In this document: piece after piece, positions 1 to 8,923 of the stretch | How the letters are laid out: each line of letters opens with the position of its first letter | How positions within the stretch are numbered: position 1 is the stretch's first letter | From: a plasmid | Reading direction: 5' to 3' (one strand) | DNA length: 29,894 bases | Sequence record: NZ_CP115547.1 | Made by a program: the position numbers and the translations under genes | Notes under the pieces: generated by a model | The model's input: the letters and a program-made list of their open reading frames with translations, nothing else | What the model was told of the DNA's origin: nothing | Databases searched by the model: none

Positions 1-82
1 TTTTGTTAAAATTAACAAAAAATATTTTTATTAAAATAACAGTTTACTTTCTAGTGATTATTGCGTTATCATAGGTTACAGC

Positions 83-99
83 AATTCACAAATTAGGAG
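83..99 (+). promoter_or_regulatory. Conserved leader AATTCACAAATTAGGAG (includes the RBS), copy 1, before the PF-57-like gene
   Basis: Identical 17-mer at 3601..3617 and, reverse-complemented, at 29824..29840. Copies 1 and 3 continue identically through TTTTAT-ATG. Confidence 0.6.
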
Positions 100-105
100 T
101 TTTAT

Positions 106-1215
106 ATGAGGAGCATAAAAAAAACTATCAACAAATATCAAAACAAACTAATAGTTTTAATATCAACACTAAACTACATGAACACAACCTTTGAACAATA
201 TACTCAAAACGACATACTTCACTACTTTAACGGAAATATGAAAAGAAATGGTCAAAAACCTATTAAACTTAAAACACTACAAAACTATTTATACAAATTA
301 GAAAAAATATTCAAGGTAACTAATAACTACCACAGACATTTGGGTGTAAACATGGGAACTGAGATTTATTACTCACTTAAATACACTAAAAAAGAATGTT
401 ACCGCATCATCAATAAACACTTTAGAGATAAAAAAAAGAACAGATATAAAAATCGTGTTAATGATTACCTTAAAAAGACTTGTGTAAAAAATGGGAGTGT
501 AGAAAAATGGGAGTGTTCTTATAATATATATAATAATAAAAAAGAAGAAGAAAATAAAAAGTCTATAGAAAAACTACAAGTAGAAAAATACGCTAAAAAA
601 TGTGATTTTAAGTCAAAGACTTTCCTCTCTATTTTTAATCTAAAAGCAGAAAAAAATGTTATGATTGAAATGTTAAAAGTGGTTAAAAGGACAGAAAACT
701 TCTTTGTAAACAACAACAAAAACGGAAAAATTGATGGTATCAAACCCAAAAAAAGTAAGCTTGAAAGCAAACAGCAAGAATTAAGTAGAATACTGTATGA
801 AACAAAGATTAGCTTAAAAAATGAAGGATATGACATTAAACAATTAGAAATACAGATACAAAAGATATATGAACAGTACAAACACAAACCACATTTTGTC
901 ATAGAAAATAACAAGTACAATGACTTAAGGAATATAATAGCGAAACTTAAAAAATCAGTTGAGTACGTTAAAAAGAGCACAAGAGACGATGAAAAAAATA
1001 TTAGGAACAACATATTTAGCATACTTCTTGAACAATTAAGGCATAAATTAGACATTGAAGTCTTAGCACCAATACTAAAAAAGTATTTAGATAAACAAAA
1101 TAAATTAGAGTATAAAAAGGTATTTAATAACCAATATTACCACGAACTTTTAGAGTTAGTAAAAAATAAAGAAAATTATTTAAGATTAGGAGAATGTGCA
1201 AAACTTGTTACTTAA
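106..1215 (+). CDS. Borrelia PF-57/62-family plasmid replication protein (lysine-rich, 369 aa)
   Basis: The N-terminus (KLIVLISTLNYMN...) and size fit the PF-57/62 family. It is first in the conserved order PF-57, PF-50, PF-32, PF-49. AGGAG lies 6 nt upstream and the shared 23-nt leader precedes it. Confidence 0.55.
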   Translation: MRSIKKTINKYQNKLIVLISTLNYMNTTFEQYTQNDILHYFNGNMKRNGQKPIKLKTLQNYLYKLEKIFKVTNNYHRHLGVNMGTEIYYSLKYTKKECYRIINKHFRDKKKNRYKNRVNDYLKKTCVKNGSVEKWECSYNIYNNKKEEENKKSIEKLQVEKYAKKCDFKSKTFLSIFNLKAEKNVMIEMLKVVKRTENFFVNNNKNGKIDGIKPKKSKLESKQQELSRILYETKISLKNEGYDIKQLEIQIQKIYEQYKHKPHFVIENNKYNDLRNIIAKLKKSVEYVKKSTRDDEKNIRNNIFSILLEQLRHKLDIEVLAPILKKYLDKQNKLEYKKVFNNQYYHELLELVKNKENYLRLGECAKLVT

Positions 1216-1224
1216 GGATTTGTT

Positions 1225-1782
1225 ATGAATAGCGTATTAGAACGTCTTAAAGATAAAAAAGTTGAGATTAAAGAAAAAGAGCATAAAACTATTTTTATTA
1301 AGATAGAAAGTAAAAACAACAGAACATTGTACCATACAAAAATTATGACAGACTTTTATGCATTTGGAATTAATAAGAAAAAAAATAGACTCTTTATTTT
1401 AGTTAGAAAGTTATTTAATAGAGAGCAAATGAACGAATTTCACTTATTTCCTTTAAGAGATGACGATAAATTTTTAGGTATTTATTATAGTCATAGAAAA
1501 CCAATAAAAAACGTTCTTAGAAGATATGAAGAAAATGGTATTATTAAAACAGCCACCTTTTCAAAGGTCTATTACATAGAATTTAGATTTAAAAAGGGCA
1601 GTGTTTTTTGTTATATTGTAGGAATTTCTTATTTACTTAGAAAAGAAAAATCTCATAAAAAATATTACAATTCGTTAATTCAAACGCTTTCAAATTTAGA
1701 AAAACAAGTATATGAATTTTATAACAGAAAATTACCAGATGGAGGGATTATAACCAAATGGATAAAAAAAAACCACAAGTAA
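1225..1782 (+). CDS. PF-50-family plasmid maintenance protein (185 aa)
   Basis: Size and position between the PF-57-like gene and the ParA gene; its 3' end overlaps the parA start by 25 nt. Confidence 0.45.
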   Translation: MNSVLERLKDKKVEIKEKEHKTIFIKIESKNNRTLYHTKIMTDFYAFGINKKKNRLFILVRKLFNREQMNEFHLFPLRDDDKFLGIYYSHRKPIKNVLRRYEENGIIKTATFSKVYYIEFRFKKGSVFCYIVGISYLLRKEKSHKKYYNSLIQTLSNLEKQVYEFYNRKLPDGGIITKWIKKNHK

Positions 1783-2504
1783 TTACGATTGCATCAATTA
1801 AAGGTGGTGTCGGAAAAAGCACAAGTGCTATCATATTTGCAACACTCTTGTCTAAGTACCATAAGGTACTACTAATAGATATGGATACACAAGCATCTGT
1901 TACTAGTTATTTTTATGATAAATTGGAGGATCAGAATTTAAATCTTACAGATCGAAATATTTATGAAGTTTTAATTGATAAAATAAATATAAATTCTCCT
2001 ATTGTTAGGGTAGATGATAATTTAAGTCTGTTACCAAGTTATTTAAACTTGCACTTTTTTCATAATGATAATATTGCTTTTAAAGAGTTAAGATTTAAGC
2101 AAAGTTTAAAGTTGTTACATCGCATATATGATTATATAATAATTGATACGAGTCCGAGTTTAGATATTATTTTAACAAATGCATTAGTTGTTAGCAATTA
2201 CATTATAGTTCCAATGACAGCTGAGCGTTGGTCATTTGAAAGTTTAGAAATATTAGAGTTTTTTCTAAGAAAATTAAAATTTAATATACCTGTTTCTATT
2301 TTAGTAACTAGATTCAAAAAGAATAATACTCATAAAAATTTACTAAATATGATAAAAGAAAAAATTGGATTTTTAGGGATTATATCTGAAAGGGAAGACT
2401 TGAATAGGAGAATTGCACAAAACGATGTTTTTGATTTAAGTAAGGATTATGTAAAAGAATATCAAACAGCTATTTATACATTTTTCCGTACTACGGAAAA
2501 ATGA
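1758..2504 (+). CDS. parA: ParA/Soj-type partition ATPase (Borrelia PF-32)
   Basis: Deviant Walker A box KGGVGKST within ITIASIKGGVGKSTSAII, IIIDTSPS motif, 248 aa. Confidence 0.9.
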   Translation: MDKKKPQVITIASIKGGVGKSTSAIIFATLLSKYHKVLLIDMDTQASVTSYFYDKLEDQNLNLTDRNIYEVLIDKININSPIVRVDDNLSLLPSYLNLHFFHNDNIAFKELRFKQSLKLLHRIYDYIIIDTSPSLDIILTNALVVSNYIIVPMTAERWSFESLEILEFFLRKLKFNIPVSILVTRFKKNNTHKNLLNMIKEKIGFLGIISEREDLNRRIAQNDVFDLSKDYVKEYQTAIYTFFRTTEK

Positions 2505-2519
2505 ACAAGGAGGATAACT

Positions 2520-3077
2520 GTGAATATAAAAATAACAAAACGTGTTATTGAAAATGAAAATCAAGATCTAACTAATTTAGATGATAATAATAGGACCATA
2601 GAATATTACAATTCTTTAAAAGATAAGTTAGTGTTTAATTTTCAAAAAGAAATACTTAACAAAATAGAAAGTATGAAAATTTTAAAAGAGATCAAAGATA
2701 ATCAGTATTATAAATTAGATGGATATAATAATTTTGAAGAATTTACTAGGCATTATAAAATTGCCAAAACTCAGGCTTATGAATATTTAAAAATAGCAAA
2801 TGCCATGGAAGAAGGTTTGATTCAGGAGCAAGATATTATTAAAAATGGTATTCACAATATTATACTTTCTTTAAGAGACAAAGAAGGAACGAATATTAAA
2901 AAATCAAAACAAAATCCAATAAAACCACTTCGTTTTCAACTTAAAAGTCAAGAAAGTTATGATTATTATAAGAAAAATGCCAAATTTACAAGTTTCTTAA
3001 TGGATGAGCTTTTTTCAAATCAAAAAGATTTACTTGATAAACTTTTCAATAAGTTTAAAGAATTAAAAGGTAGTTAA
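2520..3077 (+). CDS. PF-49-family putative partition partner protein (185 aa)
   Basis: Lies directly downstream of parA with a GGAGG RBS; size and position typical of Borrelia PF-49. Confidence 0.45.
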   Translation: MNIKITKRVIENENQDLTNLDDNNRTIEYYNSLKDKLVFNFQKEILNKIESMKILKEIKDNQYYKLDGYNNFEEFTRHYKIAKTQAYEYLKIANAMEEGLIQEQDIIKNGIHNIILSLRDKEGTNIKKSKQNPIKPLRFQLKSQESYDYYKKNAKFTSFLMDELFSNQKDLLDKLFNKFKELKGS

Positions 3078-3561
3078 TGGTAAGTCTTTAAGAATAACTT
3101 GTCATATAAAACATATAAAACATGTAGAACAAAAGATTTAAAAGATGAATTCTTATATAAAGTGTTTACTAAGAAGAGATATTAGATTTTATTTTGATTC
3201 ATAATGACAAATATGTTTTTGAAGTAAAAAAGCAAAAACTTGGAAAATATGGGTACAAACCTTATTTATAGGATACCAATTATGACTTTTATTATTTTTG
3301 TTATGATATCTTGATAAGAATGTATATTTATTGTGTCATTTAAAATGATAGTTGATTTTAGTTTGGATTTATTGTATGCTAATTATTATTAGTAGTGCTA
3401 TTCATTTTAGACTATCTAATTTGTGAACGCCATTAGCAGCTTTTAGAGCTTGATTAAGTATTCTTTTAAGAGAGTATTTAATGAAGCTCTAAATTTTTAT
3501 CTGCAAGTTTAATAAATCGATATTTTATAGAATTATTTTTGATTAAAAACGTTTTATAAAG

Positions 3562-3590
3562 TTGACAAAAACTAATATTTAGTGTACTAT
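3562..3590 (+). promoter_or_regulatory. sigma70-like promoter (TTGACA-17-TACTAT) driving the RecT-like gene
   Basis: TTGACA at 3562..3567, a 17-nt spacer, then TACTAT at 3585..3590. The predicted start is ~3597, which places the conserved leader at about +3. Confidence 0.4.
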
Positions 3591-3600
3591 TTTATTTAGT

Positions 3601-3617
3601 AATTCACAAATTAGGAG
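3601..3617 (+). promoter_or_regulatory. Conserved leader AATTCACAAATTAGGAG, copy 2, before the RecT-like gene
   Basis: Exact repeat of 83..99. A partial inverted core CTAATTTGTGAA lies at 3416..3427. Confidence 0.6.
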
Positions 3618-4889
3618 ATGAATATGAATAACAATAGTTTTACAAAAACAGATATGCAAAATACAAATAATATAACCAAACCAGAAATATCAAATCCAAT
3701 AACAGATAAAATGAATTCAAGTAATATTTATGAGGTATGGGAAGCATATAAGAGTATGCATGGACTTAAGAGAATGGATGCTCAATCAGAGAGAGAAATC
3801 TTAACTTTACTGAAAGTAAATAATCTAAATCCATTCAAGAAAGAAGCATACATAATTCCATTTAATGGGAGATATACAGTTGTGGTAGCATATCAAACAT
3901 TACTTATAAGGGCATATGAGGCAGGGTATAGTAAATATAGTCTTGAATTTAAAGAAGAGATGGTTAAGACAATTAAAATTGATTCTAAGGGTAATAAGAT
4001 TATACAAGACGATTGGCAATGTACAGCTTACTTTAAATCAGAGAATGGTAATAGTTATAGTTTTTCTGTTTTATTTAATGAGTATTTTAAAAACTCACCT
4101 ATTTGGAGAGAGAAACCAACGTTTATGCTAAGGAAATGTGCAGTTAGTTGTCTATGTAGAACCTTGCCAGGAGCAGGGCTTGAGAGTATGCCATATATAA
4201 GAGAAGAGTTAGGAGATGCAGATAATCTTTATGAAGCTCATAAGGTGCAACAAATAGAATATACTAAAACTGAAAAAATAGTGACTAAAGAGATGCATCC
4301 TGATTATGAGTCTGTTACCAAAGATGATAATAATCATGTACCATCCAACCTATCAATAGAGAGCGAGGTAGATAATGACGCAAATACATTGGGAACTAGA
4401 CAAGACACAACAGAGGAAGAATCTAAGGGTGTAGAGACCCCCCCTATAGATGTAAGTAGAGTTGTTAAATCTAATAATACTATAGTAAATAAAGATAATA
4501 CAGTAGCTGTAAATAAGGATAATAAAGCTAATTCAATAAAGTTTAGTTGCTATAAAAGTCTTCTCATAGCAGCACGTAGAATGCATAAGTATTTGGTTAA
4601 TAAACCATTTGATAGTATATCGCAGATAAATGCATATTTAAATGCTATAAAGCTGGGAGATGATTCGTCCTTATTAGAGTATTTTAATATGAATAAAGCC
4701 TTAAGGAATGTTAACTATTGGATAGAACTCATAAGAGAATATATATTTAAGAATGAGCATCTTATGAGAAGGTTAGATCAGTTTGAGTCCTTTGTAGCCC
4801 TCATGCAGCACAAATATGAGGATAGTCCGCTCAAATTATTTGGATTCTTGTCACGAGAGGAAGAATTAAGATATTTATTTGGTGCATAG
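3618..4889 (+). CDS. RecT/Red-beta-family single-strand annealing protein with an extra C-terminal domain (423 aa)
   Basis: RecT-like core: ...IIPFNGRYTVVVAYQTLLIRAYEAGY...SPIWREKPTFMLRKCAVSCLCRTLP. AGGAG directly abuts the ATG at 3618, so the second ATG at 3624 has better RBS spacing and is the more likely start. An acidic linker and a ~190-aa extra C-terminal domain follow. Confidence 0.55.
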   Translation: MNMNNNSFTKTDMQNTNNITKPEISNPITDKMNSSNIYEVWEAYKSMHGLKRMDAQSEREILTLLKVNNLNPFKKEAYIIPFNGRYTVVVAYQTLLIRAYEAGYSKYSLEFKEEMVKTIKIDSKGNKIIQDDWQCTAYFKSENGNSYSFSVLFNEYFKNSPIWREKPTFMLRKCAVSCLCRTLPGAGLESMPYIREELGDADNLYEAHKVQQIEYTKTEKIVTKEMHPDYESVTKDDNNHVPSNLSIESEVDNDANTLGTRQDTTEEESKGVETPPIDVSRVVKSNNTIVNKDNTVAVNKDNKANSIKFSCYKSLLIAARRMHKYLVNKPFDSISQINAYLNAIKLGDDSSLLEYFNMNKALRNVNYWIELIREYIFKNEHLMRRLDQFESFVALMQHKYEDSPLKLFGFLSREEELRYLFGA

Positions 4890-4908
4890 ATAATAAGTTA
4901 AAGTCAAT

Positions 4909-4926
4909 AAGCCCCATTAGGGGCTT
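4909..4926. terminator. Bidirectional hairpin terminator between convergent genes
   Basis: AAGCCCC-ATTA-GGGGCTT stem-loop, 20 nt after the RecT stop and 7 nt after the stop of the - strand lipoprotein gene; T-rich sequence on both sides. Confidence 0.45.
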
Positions 4927-4932
4927 TAAATA

Positions 4933-5298
4933 TTAATTTTTTAGTTTTGAATACCTCATGTATACAGACTTGGCAATAGGTTTAGTAATTCTGATGTAAT
5001 CTTGAAATAGCTTGATATTGAATATTAATGCGTCAATTGTGTGCTCATGCTTAAGATATGATGAATCAAAGTAAGTAAACTTAGGATAGTTTGTATCGTT
5101 AAACTTGTTTTTAGTTCGAGTTAAGAATACTTGTAGATACATGATGTAATCAGCAAGCTTAGCTTCATAAGTGCTTAAGTCTTTAATAGTATGTTTTATA
5201 GGAGGAGTTGGTTCATCCATTAGTGAGGCAATAGTTGTACAAGAGAATATAAATGATAATATAGCTAGATTGAGAAATAAATGAATAATTTTTTTCAA
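4933..5298 (-). CDS. Small lipoprotein (121 aa); possible outer spanin-like or Rev-position protein
   Basis: Signal peptide with lipobox (LAILSFIFS-C), followed by a proline-containing segment. Last gene of the - strand lysis block. Confidence 0.45.
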   Translation of the reverse strand: MKKIIHLFLNLAILSFIFSCTTIASLMDEPTPPIKHTIKDLSTYEAKLADYIMYLQVFLTRTKNKFNDTNYPKFTYFDSSYLKHEHTIDALIFNIKLFQDYIRITKPIAKSVYMRYSKLKN

Positions 5299-5299
5299 A

Positions 5300-5644
5300 T
5301 TATGCCTCCTTTAATATCTTGATGTAAGTGCTCATAATTTTATTTCGCTTAGCTCTGAGTTGAGAGATGTATTTTAGATAATCATCGTTATCATAGTAAT
5401 TCTGTGAATGTTGTATAATTTCGATATTAAGGCGTAATATTTCTTCAATCTCAGAGAGTAGTTTGATAGCTTCTTTTTGCTCCATTCTATTAATGTTAGC
5501 TTCATAAAGTGAGTATACGTAATTAACTACTTTAAGGAAGATGTTAGTGTAGTGAGCAGTGTTTTTATCGTGATATTTATTTTGTAAAATCTCTGTAAAT
5601 TTAGTTAGGATTTCAACACCTAGTTTGGCATTACTTAAATTCAT
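5300..5644 (-). CDS. Hypothetical coiled-coil protein (114 aa) in the lysis cassette
   Basis: ORF translationally coupled to the upstream gene by an ATGA overlap at 5641..5644. Confidence 0.4.
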   Translation of the reverse strand: MNLSNAKLGVEILTKFTEILQNKYHDKNTAHYTNIFLKVVNYVYSLYEANINRMEQKEAIKLLSEIEEILRLNIEIIQHSQNYYDNDDYLKYISQLRAKRNKIMSTYIKILKEA

Positions 5645-5961
5645 TTATGCTCCTCCTCATGTGATGTAATGTGCATAGGCAACCTCATGTTATTTGGATT
5701 AGTATTAACTTGCAGTATGAAGTTATTAATTTTGTTTTGAATAGGTGCAAGTGATGACTTTATTTGTGGAGTTAAAGCATTATCTAGTATTTCCATATTT
5801 TTAGTGTAAATGTACGTATATTGTGTGTAGAATTCTCTGAGAAGCGAGAATGCTTTATGAGAATGCTCATCAAAAGTACCATCTTTAAAGTTAGAAAATG
5901 CATCAATTAAATGTGAGATTGCCTGTAAAGCTGCATCCAAATATTCTCTGCTTAGTATCAT
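5641..5961 (-). CDS. BlyB-like holin accessory protein (106 aa)
   Basis: Immediately follows the holin-like gene with a 4-nt overlap; size and position match Borrelia blyB. Confidence 0.4.
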   Translation of the reverse strand: MILSREYLDAALQAISHLIDAFSNFKDGTFDEHSHKAFSLLREFYTQYTYIYTKNMEILDNALTPQIKSSLAPIQNKINNFILQVNTNPNNMRLPMHITSHEEEHK

Positions 5962-6149
5962 AGTGCCTCTCCATGATGATTGTTATCTTTATTGTTTTTT
6001 CGTTTATCTATGATGATGCTAATAATGTCTTTAAGTATAGGTTTAAGTAGGAAACCAAGACCTAGGATTAAACCTGAAATAATTAATAACTTATTACCAC
6101 TAATACCAAGTAAAATTTGACTTAAATCATTTATATTAATGTTGTTCAT
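5958..6149 (-). CDS. BlyA-like class holin (63 aa)
   Basis: A single hydrophobic transmembrane segment (LLIISGLILGLGFLL) followed by a highly charged C-terminus (KRKNNKDNNHHGEAL); lies directly after the tail fibre gene. Confidence 0.55.
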   Translation of the reverse strand: MNNININDLSQILLGISGNKLLIISGLILGLGFLLKPILKDIISIIIDKRKNNKDNNHHGEAL

Positions 6150-6220
6150 GGGTTTTAACCTCTCCTTTAAAAAATTTGTAGCTGTAAGTATATATCAAAA
6201 AATAGTTTTTGCTACATAGT

Positions 6221-7030
6221 TTATAATTTTACCAGCACTGGAACCCTATTTCCGCTGATATACCCACGCTTTTGTATATACCATCCCCTTAGAACTGGAC
6301 ATAAGATATCTATAAAAGCATTCCTAGCAGAGTAATAATATATTGTTGACTTTTGTGATTGAGAAGAATATTCAAGAGTTACTTTTTTGATGTAGTTAGA
6401 AGACCCAGCATTAATTGTAATATCAGCATAAATATCTAAGTAAATGGGTTTCTCATCATCAGATTCATAAAAAACAAGCCTTACCTCTTGAGTTGAGTAC
6501 TGTGAGGTCATATCCAGTACGTAAGCTTGGTTTTTAAGAGAAGACACATAAATATATGTGCTTGAAGTTTTACTCTTTGATGTAGTAAATCCAGAAGGTA
6601 TTCCCGTTAAGTATTCAGGTATTTGTGCGCGTTGTAGAGAGCTGTAACTTGATGTAACAAAGTAATTATCTTTGCTTAAGGTGTAAGTTGAGAGCCCACT
6701 ACCAAGTTTGTCTTTAACTTTACTATAAGTAGTTGAGATACTACTAGAATCGTCGTTTAAGAATTTGTTTAGTATTTTAGTGTAAACTTGATTGATAAAA
6801 TCGTCATTTTGTTGTAGTTCTGTAGCAATAGTACCTTTAATAATGTCTTTAAAGTAATTAAGGCCTTCTCCTTTAAAAGTTTTATCTTTAGCAGTGTTAA
6901 GGAAATTTTCAAAGGTAATAGCATTACACCCAGCATTTACATCATCAATAAGTAACAAGTGATTGTTTTCAACTTGTGTTAGTTTGTTTAGATTTTTTAT
7001 TTGAATATAATCATCTTGTTCATTACTCAT
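6221..7030 (-). CDS. Putative tail fibre / receptor-binding protein (269 aa)
   Basis: Ser/Thr/Tyr-rich low-complexity central region; last tail gene before the lysis cassette, which is the P2 gpH position. Confidence 0.35.
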   Translation of the reverse strand: MSNEQDDYIQIKNLNKLTQVENNHLLLIDDVNAGCNAITFENFLNTAKDKTFKGEGLNYFKDIIKGTIATELQQNDDFINQVYTKILNKFLNDDSSSISTTYSKVKDKLGSGLSTYTLSKDNYFVTSSYSSLQRAQIPEYLTGIPSGFTTSKSKTSSTYIYVSSLKNQAYVLDMTSQYSTQEVRLVFYESDDEKPIYLDIYADITINAGSSNYIKKVTLEYSSQSQKSTIYYYSARNAFIDILCPVLRGWYIQKRGYISGNRVPVLVKL

Positions 7031-7047
7031 AAATTTTAAGTTCTCCT

Positions 7048-7641
7048 TTAAGAATTAAAAGTAATAATTTCATTATTATCTTGGTCTTGCAATTTTAATG
7101 TTCTACCAACAGGTATTAAATTTTTAATAAAAGTATAAATAGAGTGTGCATATCCTTTAGGTAAGTAATTAAAAATTAAGGTTCCACATTTCATATGTTC
7201 ATTATTTGGTAGTTTATAAGAAATGCGAATTTTTTTATTTTTATTTGTATTAGAACTAGGAGATATTTTAGCTATAAAGTTGGTTTTAATTGCTCCGAGT
7301 AATTTTATATTAATAACACCATCACTTGGTACTGTAATTTCAATATCAACGTTAAGAAAAGTTTTAAACATACGAGTTAAAGACGCATCAGTTCCAATAT
7401 GTTTTAAGCAGTAAATAATACTGTCAATATTTTTTGAAAGATCCCCAACAGTTTGTGTTTCAACATAAAAAATATTAAATATATTAGATAACCAAATAGC
7501 AATAAATTTAGATGTACAATGTTTACTAATAGGAAGATTGATAAAATTAGAGTTTAGACTTTTAAGTTCAGATAAAATAACGTTAGCAAAGTGTAATTCG
7601 TTTTGAATAAACTTATCAAGTTGACTATTTCTAGTAATAAT
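7048..7641 (-). CDS. gpI-like baseplate protein with a probable non-ATG start (about 197 aa); the first ATG is at 7371
   Basis: The reading frame is open with no stop from 7656 down to the first ATG at 7371. No other ORF occupies the 278-bp gap. A GGAGG RBS overlaps the upstream gene's TAG stop, with in-frame ATT codons 5 to 8 nt downstream. The annotated 107-aa ORF is probably N-terminally truncated. Confidence 0.4.
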   Translation of the reverse strand: MITRNSQLDKFIQNELHFANVILSELKSLNSNFINLPISKHCTSKFIAIWLSNIFNIFYVETQTVGDLSKNIDSIIYCLKHIGTDASLTRMFKTFLNVDIEITVPSDGVINIKLLGAIKTNFIAKISPSSNTNKNKKIRISYKLPNNEHMKCGTLIFNYLPKGYAHSIYTFIKNLIPVGRTLKLQDQDNNEIITFNS

Positions 7642-7649
7642 TAAACCTC

Positions 7650-8528
7650 CTAACCCTCAATATCAATAATTAATCTATTTGTAATATCAAAAACAAGTAA
7701 CTGTGATGGTTCTACGTTTATGTCTTTATTTAAATTACTCTCAAAGTCACTAATACTTGAAATATTTGTAGTTGTGTCATCTTTAGTTACTGCGTATATT
7801 TTCATACTTTTAATACCCTTAATTTCATTAACAGGAGCTGTAAAGTCTTGGTATTCAAAGTTAATACCCATCCCTGAGTAATTATTTGTAATAATTCTGT
7901 TGTAAATATCTCTTATTTGTTTATCGATGTTAAGGTAAGTATGATTTTTGATGTCTAGAGTATACTTAACTTTAAGATAAACATATTTTTTCTTACCTAA
8001 AGTAACGTTGTATACTTTTTTTTGATTTAGTTCATTGCTGCCATCAATTTCAAGCTCACCTTCAAGAATGGTACCACTAGGAATAGATGTATAAAGAGTA
8101 TTGTAAAGCTTAGCTTTAAAGAGCGAGTCCTTAATTTGATCTTTACTCTCATTAAGAAGTGATTCATTTAAGATTAGGTATATTTTAACTTTACCAGCTT
8201 GGCTTATAAGGTTAACATACTCAACTTTATCTAAGCTAAGTAGCGCTTTTATCATACCAGGATGAGTAATGCTATTTGAAGTTATGTGTTTTTGAATACT
8301 ACCGAAGAATTCACCACCAGGTTGCATCCTGTCAAAGAATAAGTTAAGTTCATTAATGATTTGCTCTTCAACAATTGAGAGTGATGTTGCAATAATATTA
8401 TAAACTGAGGATGGATCATCATTTATTATAATATTATACATTTGCATAAGGTATTCTCTTTTAATGTCTATAATGCTTTTAATATTTTGTTTTAAGAAAC
8501 CAAAATCAGGATCAAATATAATACTCAT
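7650..8528 (-). CDS. Baseplate J-like protein (292 aa)
   Basis: Size and position in P2-like order (V W J I H); 4-nt overlap with the upstream gene. Confidence 0.4.
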   Translation of the reverse strand: MSIIFDPDFGFLKQNIKSIIDIKREYLMQMYNIIINDDPSSVYNIIATSLSIVEEQIINELNLFFDRMQPGGEFFGSIQKHITSNSITHPGMIKALLSLDKVEYVNLISQAGKVKIYLILNESLLNESKDQIKDSLFKAKLYNTLYTSIPSGTILEGELEIDGSNELNQKKVYNVTLGKKKYVYLKVKYTLDIKNHTYLNIDKQIRDIYNRIITNNYSGMGINFEYQDFTAPVNEIKGIKSMKIYAVTKDDTTTNISSISDFESNLNKDINVEPSQLLVFDITNRLIIDIEG

Positions 8529-8857
8529 GTGTTAATAACCGTTTCAAGTAAATCACCAGGGAAGTAAAAGGTAATATGCAATGATTTAAGTTTAATTTCA
8601 GTTTTAATTCCTGTGATGTTAATTTGAAGTTCACTGGCTATAGTATAAAAATATGATTTAATTAGATTTAGTTTGCCCAAGTTACATACTTTTAAAATAT
8701 ACAAATAATCAAGTCCCCAATGTAGTGCATAAGGGATACTGCCCTTAAGAGTTTTTAAGAATAAATTTAGGCGTTGTTTTTGTTCTTCAATGCTGTCGAT
8801 GATATGTAAGTCATTATTAAATATTAAATCGAAGTTGTCATTAACCTTAATATCCAA
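8525..8857 (-). CDS. gpW/gp25-like baseplate wedge protein (110 aa)
   Basis: Size ~110 aa; lies between the spike-like and J-like genes. Confidence 0.4.
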   Translation of the reverse strand: MDIKVNDNFDLIFNNDLHIIDSIEEQKQRLNLFLKTLKGSIPYALHWGLDYLYILKVCNLGKLNLIKSYFYTIASELQINITGIKTEIKLKSLHITFYFPGDLLETVINT

Positions 8858-8923
8858 TCTTTATCCCTTTATATTTTTAACCTTTAACCACTAAAGTAAG
8901 TATAGATCTTTTTTAGCAAAAAA

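Noticed and set aside
519-1055. 178-aa - strand ORF inside the PF-57-like gene
   Set aside because: It lies antisense within a lysine/AAA-rich coding region, translates to a Phe/Leu/Ser low-complexity product and has no RBS. It is an artefact of the A-rich sense strand.
3916-4131. 71-aa + strand ORF overlapping the RecT-like gene in another frame
   Set aside because: It lies fully inside the conserved RecT core in an alternative frame, with no start context.
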